Below are positions 23,873-36,809 of a stretch of DNA of 49,287 nucleotides, piece by piece; the first letter of the stretch is position 1; each line of letters starts with the position of its first letter. The position numbers and the translations under genes are program-made. This DNA is from Catajapyx aquilonaris (taxonomy: Eukaryota), in NCBI GenBank assembly GCA_000934665.2, contig KZ538760.1:1-49287 (forward strand), read 5' to 3'. The notes under the pieces were generated by a model. It did no database searches. It saw only the letters and a list, made by a program, of their open reading frames with translations, and was not told where the DNA came from.

Positions 23873-25904
23873 TGCTTCAATAATACATTTCACAAACTCC
23901 TATCCTCATCATTTTTTAAACAAATGTGACTGTTGATTGTATCTCAACTTAGAGAGAGATTTTGCTTGAACCATGCAACTTTTCTGAACAGAGTAACTTG
24001 ACATATAATGATGTGATGCCATGTATTTCAAAGTGTTTTTCATATCTTCAATACTTAGAAGATTTTGAAGTACATGGCCACAAAAACATTGCTTTTTCCC
24101 GCTATTGACTCAAATGTAATGTTTACACATACTTAGGCACTTGCGTGCAAGAAGGCAAGTGTGTGAACTTCAAATGCAAATATCTCACAAATATTGTTGT
24201 GCATTTTCATGCCCATTCAGACGTGAATTGGCCCTCCCACGTTTGATGCATTCAGAATGCCTATCCTGTACATACTGAATGGTGCCCATCACTGATTATG
24301 ACAGGTCATATAAATGAAGGTGCTGGTGTCTCTCCAGCATTGGACGTATCATGTGACATGACCAGCAGTTTCTCACGTGGAAGGGGTCCATGGAGGAAAA
24401 CTCCGCCTGTAAGTATTAATTTTGTTTCCAATTATTACAACCTTGCACAATCACCCATCATCATCATCTGCCCATTGTGGATGGGCTTGGCTTGTTGTCT
24501 GGTGGTCTCGCCCTGGGGCATATCATCCTGAGATGTTTTTTTAATTTTTAATTTTTAAAGTTAGGATGGACCTCGTGACGCTGCTTGGGCAATTTGTGAG
24601 TAGAGTGAGCATTGCGAACAGGCTCTGCTCTTCCATGCCTGGTGGTCTGGACCCAGGGCAAACTAGCCAGAGAATCACCGAGGGAGCGAAGTCTGCTGAT
24701 CAAGTCCACTGCCCTGAAATTTAATTTCTCAATTAGTAATGTTCTTATACACAAGTACCTTAGAAATATTAAAATTCAAAATATGGGAAACTGGCATAGC
24801 ATGAAGCATTATTGGAATTGAAGGTAATTTTACATCAATCATAAGTTGCTTTGGCATAAAATACATTTAGGCTGCAATTACATGTTAGCGATTCGCTCAG
24901 CTATGCTCATAGCAGAGCAAACCTCTCACATGTAAATGGAGCCGTATTCCGGGGAATATTTTAAAAATTAATTTGCATTAACCCGGATATGCCGAGTGTC
25001 CCCTATATAGGGGACACCTGCACTGTTGTTATATTTTAATTTGTTTGCGCTGGTTCTTCTGCTGCTAAAGAGCTGGCAGTAGTCACGGGGGCTTCAGGAG
25101 AGTCCCAGCTAATGATGCAAGTTCAAACCTGCTCAAATATTGCTTCAGCTTTTTAAGATACAGGTGCTTGAATTTTAACTCTGGAAATAATGGCTGCACC
25201 TTCATGTTCCAAATATGATTAGTATTTAATTTTCGAATATTGATTAGTGTTATGAGTTATTTTTTGTTTGTAATACTTTGAGAACTTATGAATGATGATG
25301 TCAACGGTTATCAGTGATTTACATTGCTGAGCAAAAGAAACAATGGTGGTAACAATCTATTTTCGCCCCAAACAATTGTGCTGCAACATAGCTTATAGAA
25401 TGGCTCGCATGTAAACGTGGCTTTAAAGTTTTTTCACCTATCCAAATTCATGCACCTAAGGATGAATGTTTTTCACAGCGCCATTGGTATTATAAATGAC
25501 AGCTGGTAATATCTCTGTATAGACTAATAGAGGGTGTACTGCTATACAAGCACTTCACATATTTCCAACACTACGCTTGGTGAAAACAAAATGGCTCGCA
25601 TTTGAGATGTTGCCAAGCTCTAGTGTGAACCAAGCTCAGAGGCTACAGGTGCGAATTATTATTTGACCCCTAGGCAGCAACTCTGGCCACATTGTTGTCA
25701 GAACAATGGCGCTGTGCGAGAGTGTGTGTACAATCGGTTGCGCTCCCCCCAAAAAATTCACCAGTACTTCTCGGTTTTTAAATTTTTAATTGTTGGCTGC
25801 CATACTCATGCCACACAGAGTTGGTATTTCAATATTGGGAAAACTTTGCCCAATATTTACACCAATGTTTAGCCTGTATTGGCCCAAAATATGGGGTAGG
25901 TATA

Positions 25905-26231
25905 CAGTGCTGGACATATTAGCCGTCCCTGAATGTTTTTTTCCGGCGGCGGCGGCGTTACCTGGCAACCCCGTCTGGCGGGCCAATTCAAACATCAGCC
26001 CATGAAGAGCGCTTCCATTGTTGCCACTGTTTACAAATCGAGTGAGTGAGTGCGCAGGCAGAAGAGACCCGTCGCTGGGTCGTCTGCGTCACTCACTCGA
26101 TTTGTAAACAGTGGCAACAATGGAAGCGCTCTCCATGGGCTGATGTTTGAATTGGCCCGCTGGACAGGGTTGCCAGGTAACGCCGCCGCCGGAAAAAAAA
26201 CATTCAGCGACGGCTAATATGTTCAGCACTG
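25905..26231. mobile_element. Tc1/mariner-type foldback MITE
   Basis: CAGTGCTG...CAGCACTG termini, TA TSD (25903-04 and 26232-33), ~145-bp near-perfect inverted arms. Confidence 0.9.
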
Positions 26232-26319
26232 TACACAAGCAAGTGAAAAAAATTCCCCAGAGGGTGGGGCAAAAGTCATGGGCGGATTAAAACGACGCAG
26301 CACGGCGTAAGTAACGAAC

Positions 26320-26989
26320 AATGGGGAACTAGCCTTCATTTTGGAAACTACATAATTAATTCGCCCATATTTTTTGGATTTTTTTGGCATATTCCGTTTT
26401 AAGATATCAGTTCCCGTTCCGGAGTAATTGAGGTTTTTATGTAGGGAAATGGTGACGTCACTGTTTCCCTAGAAAATGTTGACGTCACGCGAAGTGAAAT
26501 GAACGCAAAAATGGTGTTATGGAACGCGCCCCGTCATTGTTGTAAAATGCTTCGCTGTTGTTAGCAACCGTCCCATTGCGTGAGCAAGATAGCGGCCGGG
26601 GCGCGTTTTTACTTCACGCCGCTCAATCAGCTAAGGGGCTGGCAGTGGTGCCAACTGGTAGGAATTATCTGTCACCCGAATTCGGCACATGAAGGCCCCC
26701 TTTCTCCACCTCGATGGCCTACAGCCGCCTTGCGAATGCGTTCCGTCGCGTCCGCGGTTAATTAAAAGTCAAATTCCTCATATCTCGCAGTCAACCAGGC
26801 ATTTCGGTGTACCCTTTCGATTGGCCTCCGCGTTTTTCCCGCCAATTTTGAAGGCACTTTTAAATGTGCCGTAATTTATCCAGTAATGTCATTTTGATGC
26901 AACAAAGTGATGGAATGTATGTTTACAGGCATGGGCTAGCTAGTTATGAACAAAAATCCCAAATCCCAGACCAAGGCTAGTTCCCCATT
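26320..26989. mobile_element. Non-autonomous DNA transposon with 17-bp TIRs
   Basis: AATGGGGAACTAGCCTT (26320-26336) and AAGGCTAGTTCCCCATT (26973-26989). The outer AT may be a 2-bp TSD. Superfamily uncertain. Confidence 0.75.
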
Positions 26990-27000
26990 ATATATTTTTA

Positions 27001-27567
27001 AAAATTACACTACACAGAGAAAGATGCCATTTATGGATCGAGGTCCAAAAAAGTCACTTCTCAAAAACAACACCGGATAGATGTCCACCTTTGCGGGAAA
27101 TTCCTCCAAACGCCGGACGAAACCCTTCATAACACGTTCCAGCATGTCCAGGGAAATGTTTCTCACGGCGTGTCTTATCTGATCCTTAAGATCAGCCCAT
27201 GGCTGAGGACGTGTGGTGAACACCAAACTCTTCAGGTACCCCCACAAGAAGAAGTTGGGGGTGGTCAAATCAGGCGACCGCGACGGCCAAGTAATGTCCC
27301 CAACCCCTCCCAGGAAACACTTGACTTTTAATTTGTTCGGTGTTCGCCACACGTCCTCAGTCATTGGCTGGTCTTAAGGATCAGATAAGACACGTGAGAC
27401 ACATTTCCCTGGACATGCTGGAGCGCGTTATGATGGGTTTCGTCAGGCATTTGGAGGAATGTGTGTTGCCCACAAAGGTGGACATCTATCATGTGTTGTT
27501 TTCAAGTGACTTTTTTGGACCTTGATCCATAAATGGCATATCTTTCTCTGTGTAGTGCAATAATTTT
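27001..27567. pseudogene. Inverted pair of mariner-like transposase 3' ends
   Basis: Minus strand reads WPSRSPDLTTPNFFLWGYLKSLVFTTRP..LKDQIRHAV..DMLERVM. The plus strand at 27339-27567 repeats the last ~225 bp in reverse complement. Confidence 0.85.
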
Positions 27568-27854
27568 ACTTACGTCTCGTCCCTAACCCGCACAATAACC
27601 CTGCTGGCATAGCTCATTTTTACGGTGTCTAGGGCCGTTTTTGGACTATCCGTGTTTTCTGACTATCTGGAAACACTTGTGCATTCATTATCGTAGATTA
27701 TCAGGAGTGCAACGTTTTAATCGCAGCCAGATCGCAGCAGTTGTCCGTCCACTGTCTGCCATCTTGCCCTTAATCCTTATGACATAGCCCAGGTTGCTGC
27801 AACCAGATTGCAGCGCTAGTTGCAGGATTTTTCGGGTTGTGCGGAACTTCCTAC

Positions 27855-27875
27855 TGTGTGTGTGTGTGTGTGTGT
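27855..27875. repeat. (TG)n microsatellite
   Basis: About 10 TG units, directly visible. Confidence 0.9.
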
Positions 27876-29255
27876 ATTTCAAATTGCGCGCAACCAGTTG
27901 CCATGTCTAAACGCTACTTCATGCAATTACCAGTGAATACAAGGGTCAGTTGGGGAAAAAAAAAAAGTTTTGCGATGCTACAGTATCGACACCATGGGAC
28001 GGGCAAGAGCAGGTAAGTCGAACCAAGCGTCGAACCTTCTGGTATTTTATAGGACTGGTAGGTGCCATCATGCAGATTATGCAGGCTGGACGACACAAGT
28101 GCCAAGCAGAACGTGCCTGCCCACATTCTGCCGCAAATTATGGCAAACATACGGCTGCACATAATCTGCCAGATGGTGCCTACAATACAGGCAAGTTCGA
28201 CGTCTCCGCACATTCACCCTGTCCACCACACAGCCTTGAAACTGTAGCATTGCAAATCTTGGCTGACACGGGCTCACATACCCCACCCCAGCCACCTTCA
28301 GAGGGCTCAACAACCAGCCAATCACTCAACCATACCCGGCTACTCCCCCCTTCTAAATTCATGGCCCTTGATGCTCACCTGGGCTTCTCCAATGCTCCAG
28401 TTGGGCGCTGCAGACACGGTGGGTGGCCCAGGGGCGCAGGAGGGGCCGGCAGGACCAGGGGCAGGCCTCGGGAGACAGGCGACGGAACAAGCCGCATCTT
28501 GCCCAACATTCAGAGGCGAACTGGAAGGCCTGGAAATACTGAGCGTCGTGCTTGGCGTGGTTGGACTAAAAATGGCGGCGTCACTTAATTCCAACCGTTC
28601 TCTTTCCCTCCCCACCCCCTGCCCTGCCTCCCTCCCCGCTCCCATTCCGTCTCCCCCCGCCAGCCAAACCAAGCCGGTTCCGCTCTGCGCTGCAAGCTCT
28701 GCCCGCTGCTCTGCCCCTGGGCCGACGCGGGGCAGACCCTCTCCATCATGGAACAGAGGTGAGTCTGGAGGGTACGCACAGGGTGGGGGCCAAGCACCCG
28801 GGGTTTGGGGACACTAGTCCAGGGAAGGGTTGGGTGGGTGGTGACGCCACGCCACCCACCCCAAGCATTCTATTGCTTTTTGGTTCATTTTTGGGGGGGC
28901 TTCTTCCACCATGGTTGGAACGGTGGGTGGCTGCTTCGTTGGTAGGGTAGCCTGCACTGTTCCGCAGACCAAGCCGCACTTCATGGGGGGGCCACTTGCA
29001 CCGGTTTGCACTCATTAGCATCGTTTGGGTACTGCGCGAAGAAAGCGCAAGGGAAGCGGAAGCCGATGCGGCAGTACCGCAGGCCTTTTATCGCATGCTG
29101 GTGCATATGCGCATTGAAGTATGTGCATGTTAAGTGCAGAGGCCACTAGGCCTACAACCACGTAAAATTAACCGTATCCCATTTTTAAAAAAAGGAAGAT
29201 TTGAGTCGGACTCGGCTGATGTGCCCTTGCTATACAAAAGTCAAGCGACAAAAAC

Positions 29256-30432
29256 AATTGACCAATTTCCAGATGCGCACCTCTCGCTGCCAATTTTAGC
29301 CTGCCCATCAAGATGGCGGCGAAATGATAGCAAGAGGCGGGATTTTCCTATCCCTGCCCATGTTAAATGGCCTCTGCTTGCTCGCGTCTGGGGGTCTGGC
29401 CCCGAGGCAGATCTTGTTGAGATTTTTTTTTGTAGTGAGGAGGTTCCCGCCCTCGGGTTCCAAAAGGTAATTAGCCCCGTGGCGGACTGCCCCCGGAGTG
29501 ATTTCGTGAGTGCGAGTTTCTCATTACTATATATCCTGGCTTTGCTTGTCCACGTCTGGTGGTTTGGCTCCGGGGGCGATCATCATGACAATATTTTTTT
29601 TTGGAGTGACCAGGGACGCATGCACGGAAGCTGATCTACGGAACATAAATTGCAAAATCCAAATGCCACCATTCCTGCGAAATCGAAGGCAATTTACAGA
29701 AGGCCAGATGATGTCGACTAAGAATAACATTGTTGCTGTCAGGGTGCAGTACATGTGGAATGTGCCATGAATACTCTATTAGCAACAATGTTATTCTTAG
29801 TCGACATCATCTGGCCTTCTGTAAATTGCCTTTGATTTCGCAGGAATGGTGGCACTTGGATTTTGCTATTTTTGTTCCGTAGATCAGCTTCCGTGCGTGC
29901 GTCCCTGGTCACTCCAAAAAAATATTGTCGTGATGATCGCCCCCGGAGCCAAACCACCGGACAAGCAAAGCCGGGATATAGTAAGGAGAAACTCGCACTC
30001 ACGAAATCACTCCGGGGGCAGTCCGCCACGGGGCTAATTACCTTTTGGAACCCGAGGGCGGGAACCTCCTCACTACAAAAAAAAAATCTCAACAAGATCT
30101 GCCCCGGGACCAGACCCCCAGACGCGGACAATCGGAGCCCGGACAGCATCGAGAAAAGCGCGATCACCATTCACAAAATCACTCCGGGGGCAGTCCGCCC
30201 GGGGGCCAATTAGCTTTTGGAACCCGGTGGGGGCAGGCCAGGAACCTCCTCACTCCACAAAAAAATGTCAACAAGATCTGCCCTGGGGCCAGACCGCCAG
30301 ACGCGAGCAAGCAGAGGCCATTTAACATGGGCAGGGATAGGAAAGTCCCGCCTCTTGCTAGAATTTTGCCGCCATCTTGATGGGCAGGCCAAAATTGGCC
30401 GCGAGAGACGCGCATCTGGAAATTGGTCAATT
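29256..30432. mobile_element. ~1.18-kb foldback element with an ISL2EU/HARBI1-like transposase remnant at its centre
   Basis: Both ends read AATTGACCAATTTCCAGATGCG inward. Arms pair up to a ~43-nt loop (29738-29780). The centre encodes KIQMPPFLRNRRQFTEGQMMSTKNNIVAVRV/HVECAM (compare IPPFL..Q....E...T..IA.VRIHVERAI). The right arm has an extra internal repeat unit. Confidence 0.85.
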
Positions 30433-31329
30433 AGACTGGACACAATGTAAAATATACTTTTGGCAAAGCGTCATAAAGTAAGGTATGTCAGTACAATTTT
30501 GAGGGTGGTGCATCCATTGTTGGTTACGGGTATTGCTCCTTGCATGGAGAGTATGGATAAGGGGCGTGAAGGGTTGTTCACAAACTGAATGGTGTGCAGG
30601 TTGGATTAGTCGTTTAGGGGGTGGAGAGAGAGCAGTAGTGATTCGCACGTTTCGACTCGTTGGTTGAGAGGTGTGGTTTTGACTCTTCCGGAGATGCCAC
30701 TTGGCGCAATGAAAATTTCAAAGCGGGAAATGAGGTACATTTTATTGATTAATGACAGCATTTGTATCACATTGCAAATACCAGGCGTTCCATTATGGTT
30801 TGCCAGTTGTTACGGATTGTCACTTGTAATGCAGCGAGGTTGCACCAATTTTCTTGGGTGTTAATGAATTTCCCAACTGATTAAGTAGAGTTTTGTCGAC
30901 TTTGTAATTTACATCAGGTTGCAGCTGTCAAAATTGGTACTCTACCAGTGGATATGAAGTGTTTGGATATAATTTAGTGGTTGCTGGAGTATTGGAAATT
31001 GATTACTTTTGTGCAATAATAACGTGTGTAGTTCAGAATGTAATTGTGCTTATTGCTTTTTGGTCTAGTTTGGAAGCCATGGTTGTTTTACAAGGCACCC
31101 CCCCCCCCCTAAAGAACCNNNNNNNNNNNNNNNNNNNNNNNNNNNNNNNNNNNNNNNNNNNNNGGGGGGGGGGGGGAAAGAGTTAAAGCCAGGCCAAAAT
31201 ATTATGTAGACATGAGGCAATTTTTACTAAATTCGATCATGATGCTTGAGACTGTGCACATGATGTTGCTTGTTGATGCTAGGATGAATACAGGCATTCC
31301 TCAACTTACATCGCAGCACCTCAGACAAA

Positions 31330-31640
31330 AAGTCCACAAGTTTTTATGATCTCTGTTGCACTGTGCCGCAAGTTGTACGCTGTCGCAATATGCTTCACTA
31401 CCCCTCCTATACTCCATCGCAGGGTCCTTTACCATGCCCGGCAGCTGTGAAGACCCATTCCCTCTCAGGAATTTCACTTTGCTCAAGTTCATATTTTTGC
31501 TATCGAGTTTTTAAAATGACTGGGAGCACCATCGGACACATAGGAACTAATATTCTGCCCAATGATCGATTCTTCAACTTTCATTCTCGCTAGAATAGCA
31601 TGAACCGAGTCATGAGTCTTGGCCATCTGGCCACGAGTCA
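31330..31640 (-). pseudogene. Sola2-like transposase core fragment
   Basis: HDSVHA..YVSDGAPSHFKN and EWVFTAAGHGKGPCDGV/GGVVKH, with frameshifts. Confidence 0.7.
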
Positions 31641-32068
31641 GTGGGCTCCACGCGCCTGAGTATGTAATAAAATTCAAATCAGGATCATAAACCTCGGGAG
31701 GAGAGAAATTTTCGCACTGGTGTGTGGCTCAGATGTTCCTCTGCCCAGAAATAAATCGGTGTTCAATTATCCCGTGGTTTTTTTGAGAAAATTATTTTCT
31801 TCCAAACCATGTTTTGCGAAGTGACAATGAGGAATTGTTGCATTTTAAATGTTATTAAAATTATTGTTAGTGGACAATACAGGGTGTTTCAGAGTCACGG
31901 GTCAAGCGCGCGCGAGGGGGTGGGGAAAAATCGTAGGTGGCGACAACCCTGGTTGGTTTTATAAAACACTTAGAAACACTAGTAATCAATTAATTTATTA
32001 CGGCCGTAAGGCGTGACGTCACATCCTTTCTGTTCGAATTGACTGCCACGGACTGGCAGATGCAGCAT

Positions 32069-32196
32069 GGGTTGCACTGAAAAAGGTGCTCTCCTGCTAT
32101 ACCGGCAGGGTACTGTACGCACTACTGTACAGTAGTACACTACTTTGTACAGTACCCTACTGGTATAGCATGAGAGCGCCTGTTTCAGTGCAACCC
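32069..32196. mobile_element. ~128-bp palindromic MITE (Harbinger-like termini)
   Basis: GGGTTGCACTGAAA..AGGGTACTGTAC pairs with GTACAGTACCCT..TTTCAGTGCAACCC; ~50-bp imperfect arms. Confidence 0.75.
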
Positions 32197-35194
32197 GCAA
32201 GGCTAAAAAGCCGTTCAACCAGACTTAGAATTTGCATGTGTCAGTTGTTGTATAGTTCCGGGGGAAGGGCCAAGCACAGTTGTTGTTGGATTGTTGTCAT
32301 GTACAATCTTCATGCCTTTCATCGAGGGTGTGATTAATGTGTTTCTATAAGAATGCAGCACAGTTAATGCCTAATTCGATCCCCAAATGAGAAATGTGAA
32401 TATAATTTTCCTTACAACTTCATAGGCCCCAGATAGGATCAGGAGCATTGCAGATTTTTTGTGCACATTTTTTGGCAACATCAGAAAGTAAGCAATATTT
32501 TCTGAAGTAAATGATTATGCAGCCCTGTTTGTACAATGTGGCAACACTCGAAAAGGGCAAGTGGAAAGGAAAATCCAAGATTCACAGACAGTAACTCCAT
32601 ATCAATTTTTAGATGACAATTTGTAACGTAAATGATTGCTGATCTTCTAGCATTTTTGTAAAAGAAAATAAATAGATTTTTAAAATGCTACTGATGCTTT
32701 TTGTGAGTTTAAGTTTGAAGAAATTAATTTTTAAATCCACAGTTCTCAATTTCAGGTGTAAGTGTGCAAAAACTGGGTTTGTTATGTTTAATATTACTGG
32801 AACCAGTGGATGGAATTTTCGTTCCACTGCTAACTTTGCAGTACCAGTGTTAGCAGGAACTAGCAGTGAGATGAAAATTCCAGCCAACCTCATTAAAATT
32901 ATGAGAGAGGGCATCTTTTACGTGAGTGCTTCCCCAACTGTGGGTCCCTGGGGTCGCGAGGGAGGGTAACAAATAATTTTCACGAAAAGATTCTTGCTCT
33001 CTCGGAAATATTATGCTAGTAAGGTAAGTTACAGAACAATTCGGATACTCGAATTTTAATTTCGCTATTCACATGTCTTTTCATGTTGGAGTATCAAAAT
33101 GTCCATATCTGGGGTCATGAATTTCGAAACAATTTTTTTGGGTCGCCAAGGAAAAAGATTGGGAAGCATTGCTTTACGTATTGGCAGTGACAATTGCATT
33201 GGGTCATCCTGTGTGATAAGAACTGCTGGTGTTTAATTGACAGTGTGACTGATATTAATTTCATTTTCAGAAAGAAAAGTCATCGGACCATGGCCATCAA
33301 ATGACTGGCACCTGCAGGGAACTTCCTGAAATACTAGCCAACAATTCAACGAGCGATGAGACTTGGGAACGTGACAACTGCCAAAGGTGACCACAAGAAG
33401 GGGGTCACTGCTTGGCAAGGAGGCTTCAAGGGGGCAATTGGTTAGCGGTAGATGGAGTGGTTGACAACAGCTATGGAATGAAACATCAGCTCAGATTGGG
33501 AAGATGATGGTGTTCAGCCTCACCTGGCTTATGTGCAGGTAAATTGTCACACTGAACAAGAGTTTCTTTTAGGTGAAATTGACTGTATTACGGCAACACC
33601 ATTATTTGTCACAGTTGGACTAAACCCATCTCTAATTTTTAAGGCTGCATGAGTATTCTAAACTGCATTGCCAGATTCCTTTGGGAGCCAAAGCATTGTG
33701 ATGTACCACGGTATGGTACAAAAACTTTGCCAATTTTATCGGAACGCCTATAAGTCGTAAATGAATGCAATTTTCACAAGCATTTCAAGCAGAACTTACC
33801 CCAAAAATAGTATTCTTGACAACTCAGCTGACATTTTCAAAGGAGGCGGAGGGGTGGATTCATATCACGGGACCAAGAACCGATTTTGAAAATTGAGATT
33901 TTATGAAATCTAGCTCAGTTGTAGGACTTTCATAATTAATGGGTTAGTAAAGTGAAGTTCAATATTTAGTATAAAACAATACCCATAGGTACTGTCTATT
34001 GTTTATTCTGTCCCTAGCCCTTTTTGGCGAGATGTCCTTGATTCAAGTGGGAAAGAGGATTAGTGGTCGTGTTTGACATCCCGCAGTCCAATCGCAGTAG
34101 TTGGATGGGGATTTTATCCCCAGATTACTGAGAAATGCCTGATTTTGGGGGATACCTCCCGTTAATTGCACTTTAAGAAACCATTAAACTGTGACCTTGT
34201 GGCGGCCAAAGGGTTAAGCTGTCATCTAACACACTGACCTGCATATCTGTTATTGTTCCTGTGGCACGTGTGAAATTTGCAACATCTTGAAATATCACAT
34301 TGCCTTCAGTCTATGCGGAAAGTAAGTGCAAGAGTCCCCCATCCATCGCCATGTTGGATGGACTTGCGGGGCCGCAGACATACAGGAGTCCATGAGAATC
34401 CAACCCTTGAATTGCTGGTTCAGTAGATTCATCTAAAAGTAAATGGGAATCCCTTGCAAGAAATGGGTGTAGCATAATAATTATTTTGAGCCATTGCATT
34501 GATGTGTTTTTGTTCTGTAGCGTGTATTAGCTGCTTTGTCAAAAATTCAAAAAGTGTCCAGTATTAGCCAGTAACAGATTTTTTACATTAATTTTGTCAC
34601 GAAAGTAACATGACTTGGACATAATTTTTTTCAGGGAAAAGGGAGTACTGATAGTGTATTTTGTGACATTTGCATGCTAAGTGTTGTGATTGCCAATTTT
34701 GAAATGTCCGGACTGTGTGATATAAATTGAAAATTAAAACGTACTTTCCTCTTCTTGCAGATTGGAAAAGCCACATCCACACAGCATCACATCTGGATTT
34801 TATATCATATGCTTTACCTGTTGACAATGATTCAGCAGGTAGAAGGCGCTCCAACAGGAAGCGTGGAGGTTTTCCTGCCCTCCTTCGTCCCCTGCACAGT
34901 GATGGTGTTGCGGTCTGGTGGTTCCAACAACTCAGCAGTGAGAGGCACCCCTGCCTCACCTTGTCCTTTATGGTTGGATGTCTCCAGGGACACCGCCGAC
35001 ACCAACCCATCATAGCCTGACCATTCGGCACTCTGTTGTATTTCTCCCCCTCCCCATTTCTGCGAGTACCTGACCAGTTTTCCAAAAAATTTAATAATGG
35101 TTGTTGTGGGGGTAGCGAGACCTCATCCTCGCTATCTGCTGGCAACCCCAGTCTTTTGGGAAGAGCCATGAAGGATGATGAGGAATGATGGAAT

Positions 35195-35497
35195 TACATA
35201 ACCAACCTTGCCTAGTGAATCATATGTGACTTCATGGACAAAGCGAAAGTTCCTGCACTTGACTCATGGAAGAACCTGATGGATGGCATACGAGTCCTGT
35301 GGGAAGGAGGGAAGGGAAGGGCTTCAATCCCCCAACCGTCAAGAGATCCCTTGCGGGGTACTGGCGGGGACGACGTGAAGGTAGCAGTTGGGAAGAAGAC
35401 CCATGGGCCTGGTTGCCACCATCATTTGAGATGACTAGAAGTCCTTGTTCCTGCCTGAGTGATGGAACAAATTGCTCCAAGAATGAGTCACACATGG
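35195..35497 (-). repeat. Dispersed repeat copy B (inverted relative to 23545-23872)
   Basis: AAGAGATCCCTTGCGGGGTACTGG..GGGGACGACGTGA..GCAGTTGGGAAGAAGACCCATGGGCCTGGTTGCC is the reverse complement of copy A. Confidence 0.85.
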
Positions 35498-35807
35498 GAA
35501 AGGGTCATGTTTCCTCTGCACCTGTATCAATTCATGTCTGCAGCTCGAAGTGTTTCGTGGTCCCAGGCCATTTCACTATCTTGGTCCATTTCCATCTGAA
35601 AGAGGCAATGGCCAGACCACCCAAGTATTTTATAGTTGCAATAATAATAACTGCAGTAAGTGAAACACTTGCAAATTGTAACATAGCATTGCTATACTTG
35701 CCATGTGGGAAGCACCAGTTTACCCTGTAAGAATCTGAAAAATCCAGTGTGTATTTATGGTGCAGGGATTATACATTTTATATCAGCATGGTAAATATCC
35801 ATATAAC

Positions 35808-35950
35808 CAGTGGTGGGCACAGTTAACCGAAAATTTAACTACATTAACCGTCAATCAAGTAACTAAAAAATTTAACTTCATTAAATGATAAACGTTAAAG
35901 GGCTAGAAAAATTAATGGAAGTTAACGTTAACAACTAAAGTTAACTTTTA
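35808..35950. mobile_element. hAT-like terminus with subterminal (G)TTAAC repeats
   Basis: CAGTGGTGGGCA followed by many TTAAC/GTTAA motifs. The partner end was not found. Confidence 0.5.
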
Positions 35951-36809
35951 TTTTATGAATTTAACCTTTTTTATCTAGGACCATGTTGGGCCAGCATGTA
36001 GCCCTCCCCTTCGTACGTATAAAGTTCAGCCTTAGTCCGGTAGGGTCGCCACATGATAGCCTTGGGAAATGTCTCGTAGCGATCTCAAGTGGCCACCCGG
36101 TGCGTAATCCTTCGGCAGGGGGTGGGTGGGGAGTGACCTAACCTGAGTCTTCTACAGCCGTGGTCTGACCAGTCTGGGTGATGAGGAAGAGACAGAAATT
36201 CGCCAGGCAGCCTACATCCAAGGGCGTGATGAACCTCCTTCCATCCAACGCCGCTAGGGGTGTACATGTGACTGCTATTTCCACATGGAGTAGGTTTGGC
36301 TACGTCTGGATCCTCCTGAAAGTTCTTAAAGACCAAACACCACCCTATATCATTGTTTTTGTATTTGCAATACCATTTGTGTTACAAACTGTTACCGGCA
36401 ATACAATACATAGGACCCAAAGGAATTAAAATTTTGAAAATTTAAAAGGAATTGTTCAAATAATTAATAAAAATTAAAATATGTCATGGTTCCAGGGGGT
36501 AACAATGGTTGTCACATGAAAAAAAATCAATCCTTTATCAAATACAAGGTGTGTCTCGAGTGTTTCATGGTATTTGGCGTGAGCGTGGACCATGTCTTTT
36601 TAAGGTATCTGACCTCGCGAACTTCGTCCTGCAAATTGGGTGGAAGAAACAAATATCCAGGTCGCACTGGAGGCAAATAATTTGAATTTGAAAACCTTAT
36701 TTGTCAACAATATTAATCCCCCGGTGACCTGGCCAAATTTGGCACTTTTTGTCGCCAACACTTGATAGCAATCCATGTTCAAGGTCACTAGGTCCACGTT
36801 GATTGTTCT

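Noticed and set aside
27950..28817. 212-aa and 149-aa ORFs
   Set aside because: Low-complexity, GC-driven frames overlapping on both strands, with no recognisable motif.
33260..35040. Possible host-gene exons (AG/GT-bounded stretches near 33270-33538 and from 34761)
   Set aside because: In-frame stops and no recognisable domain, so I cannot support a gene.
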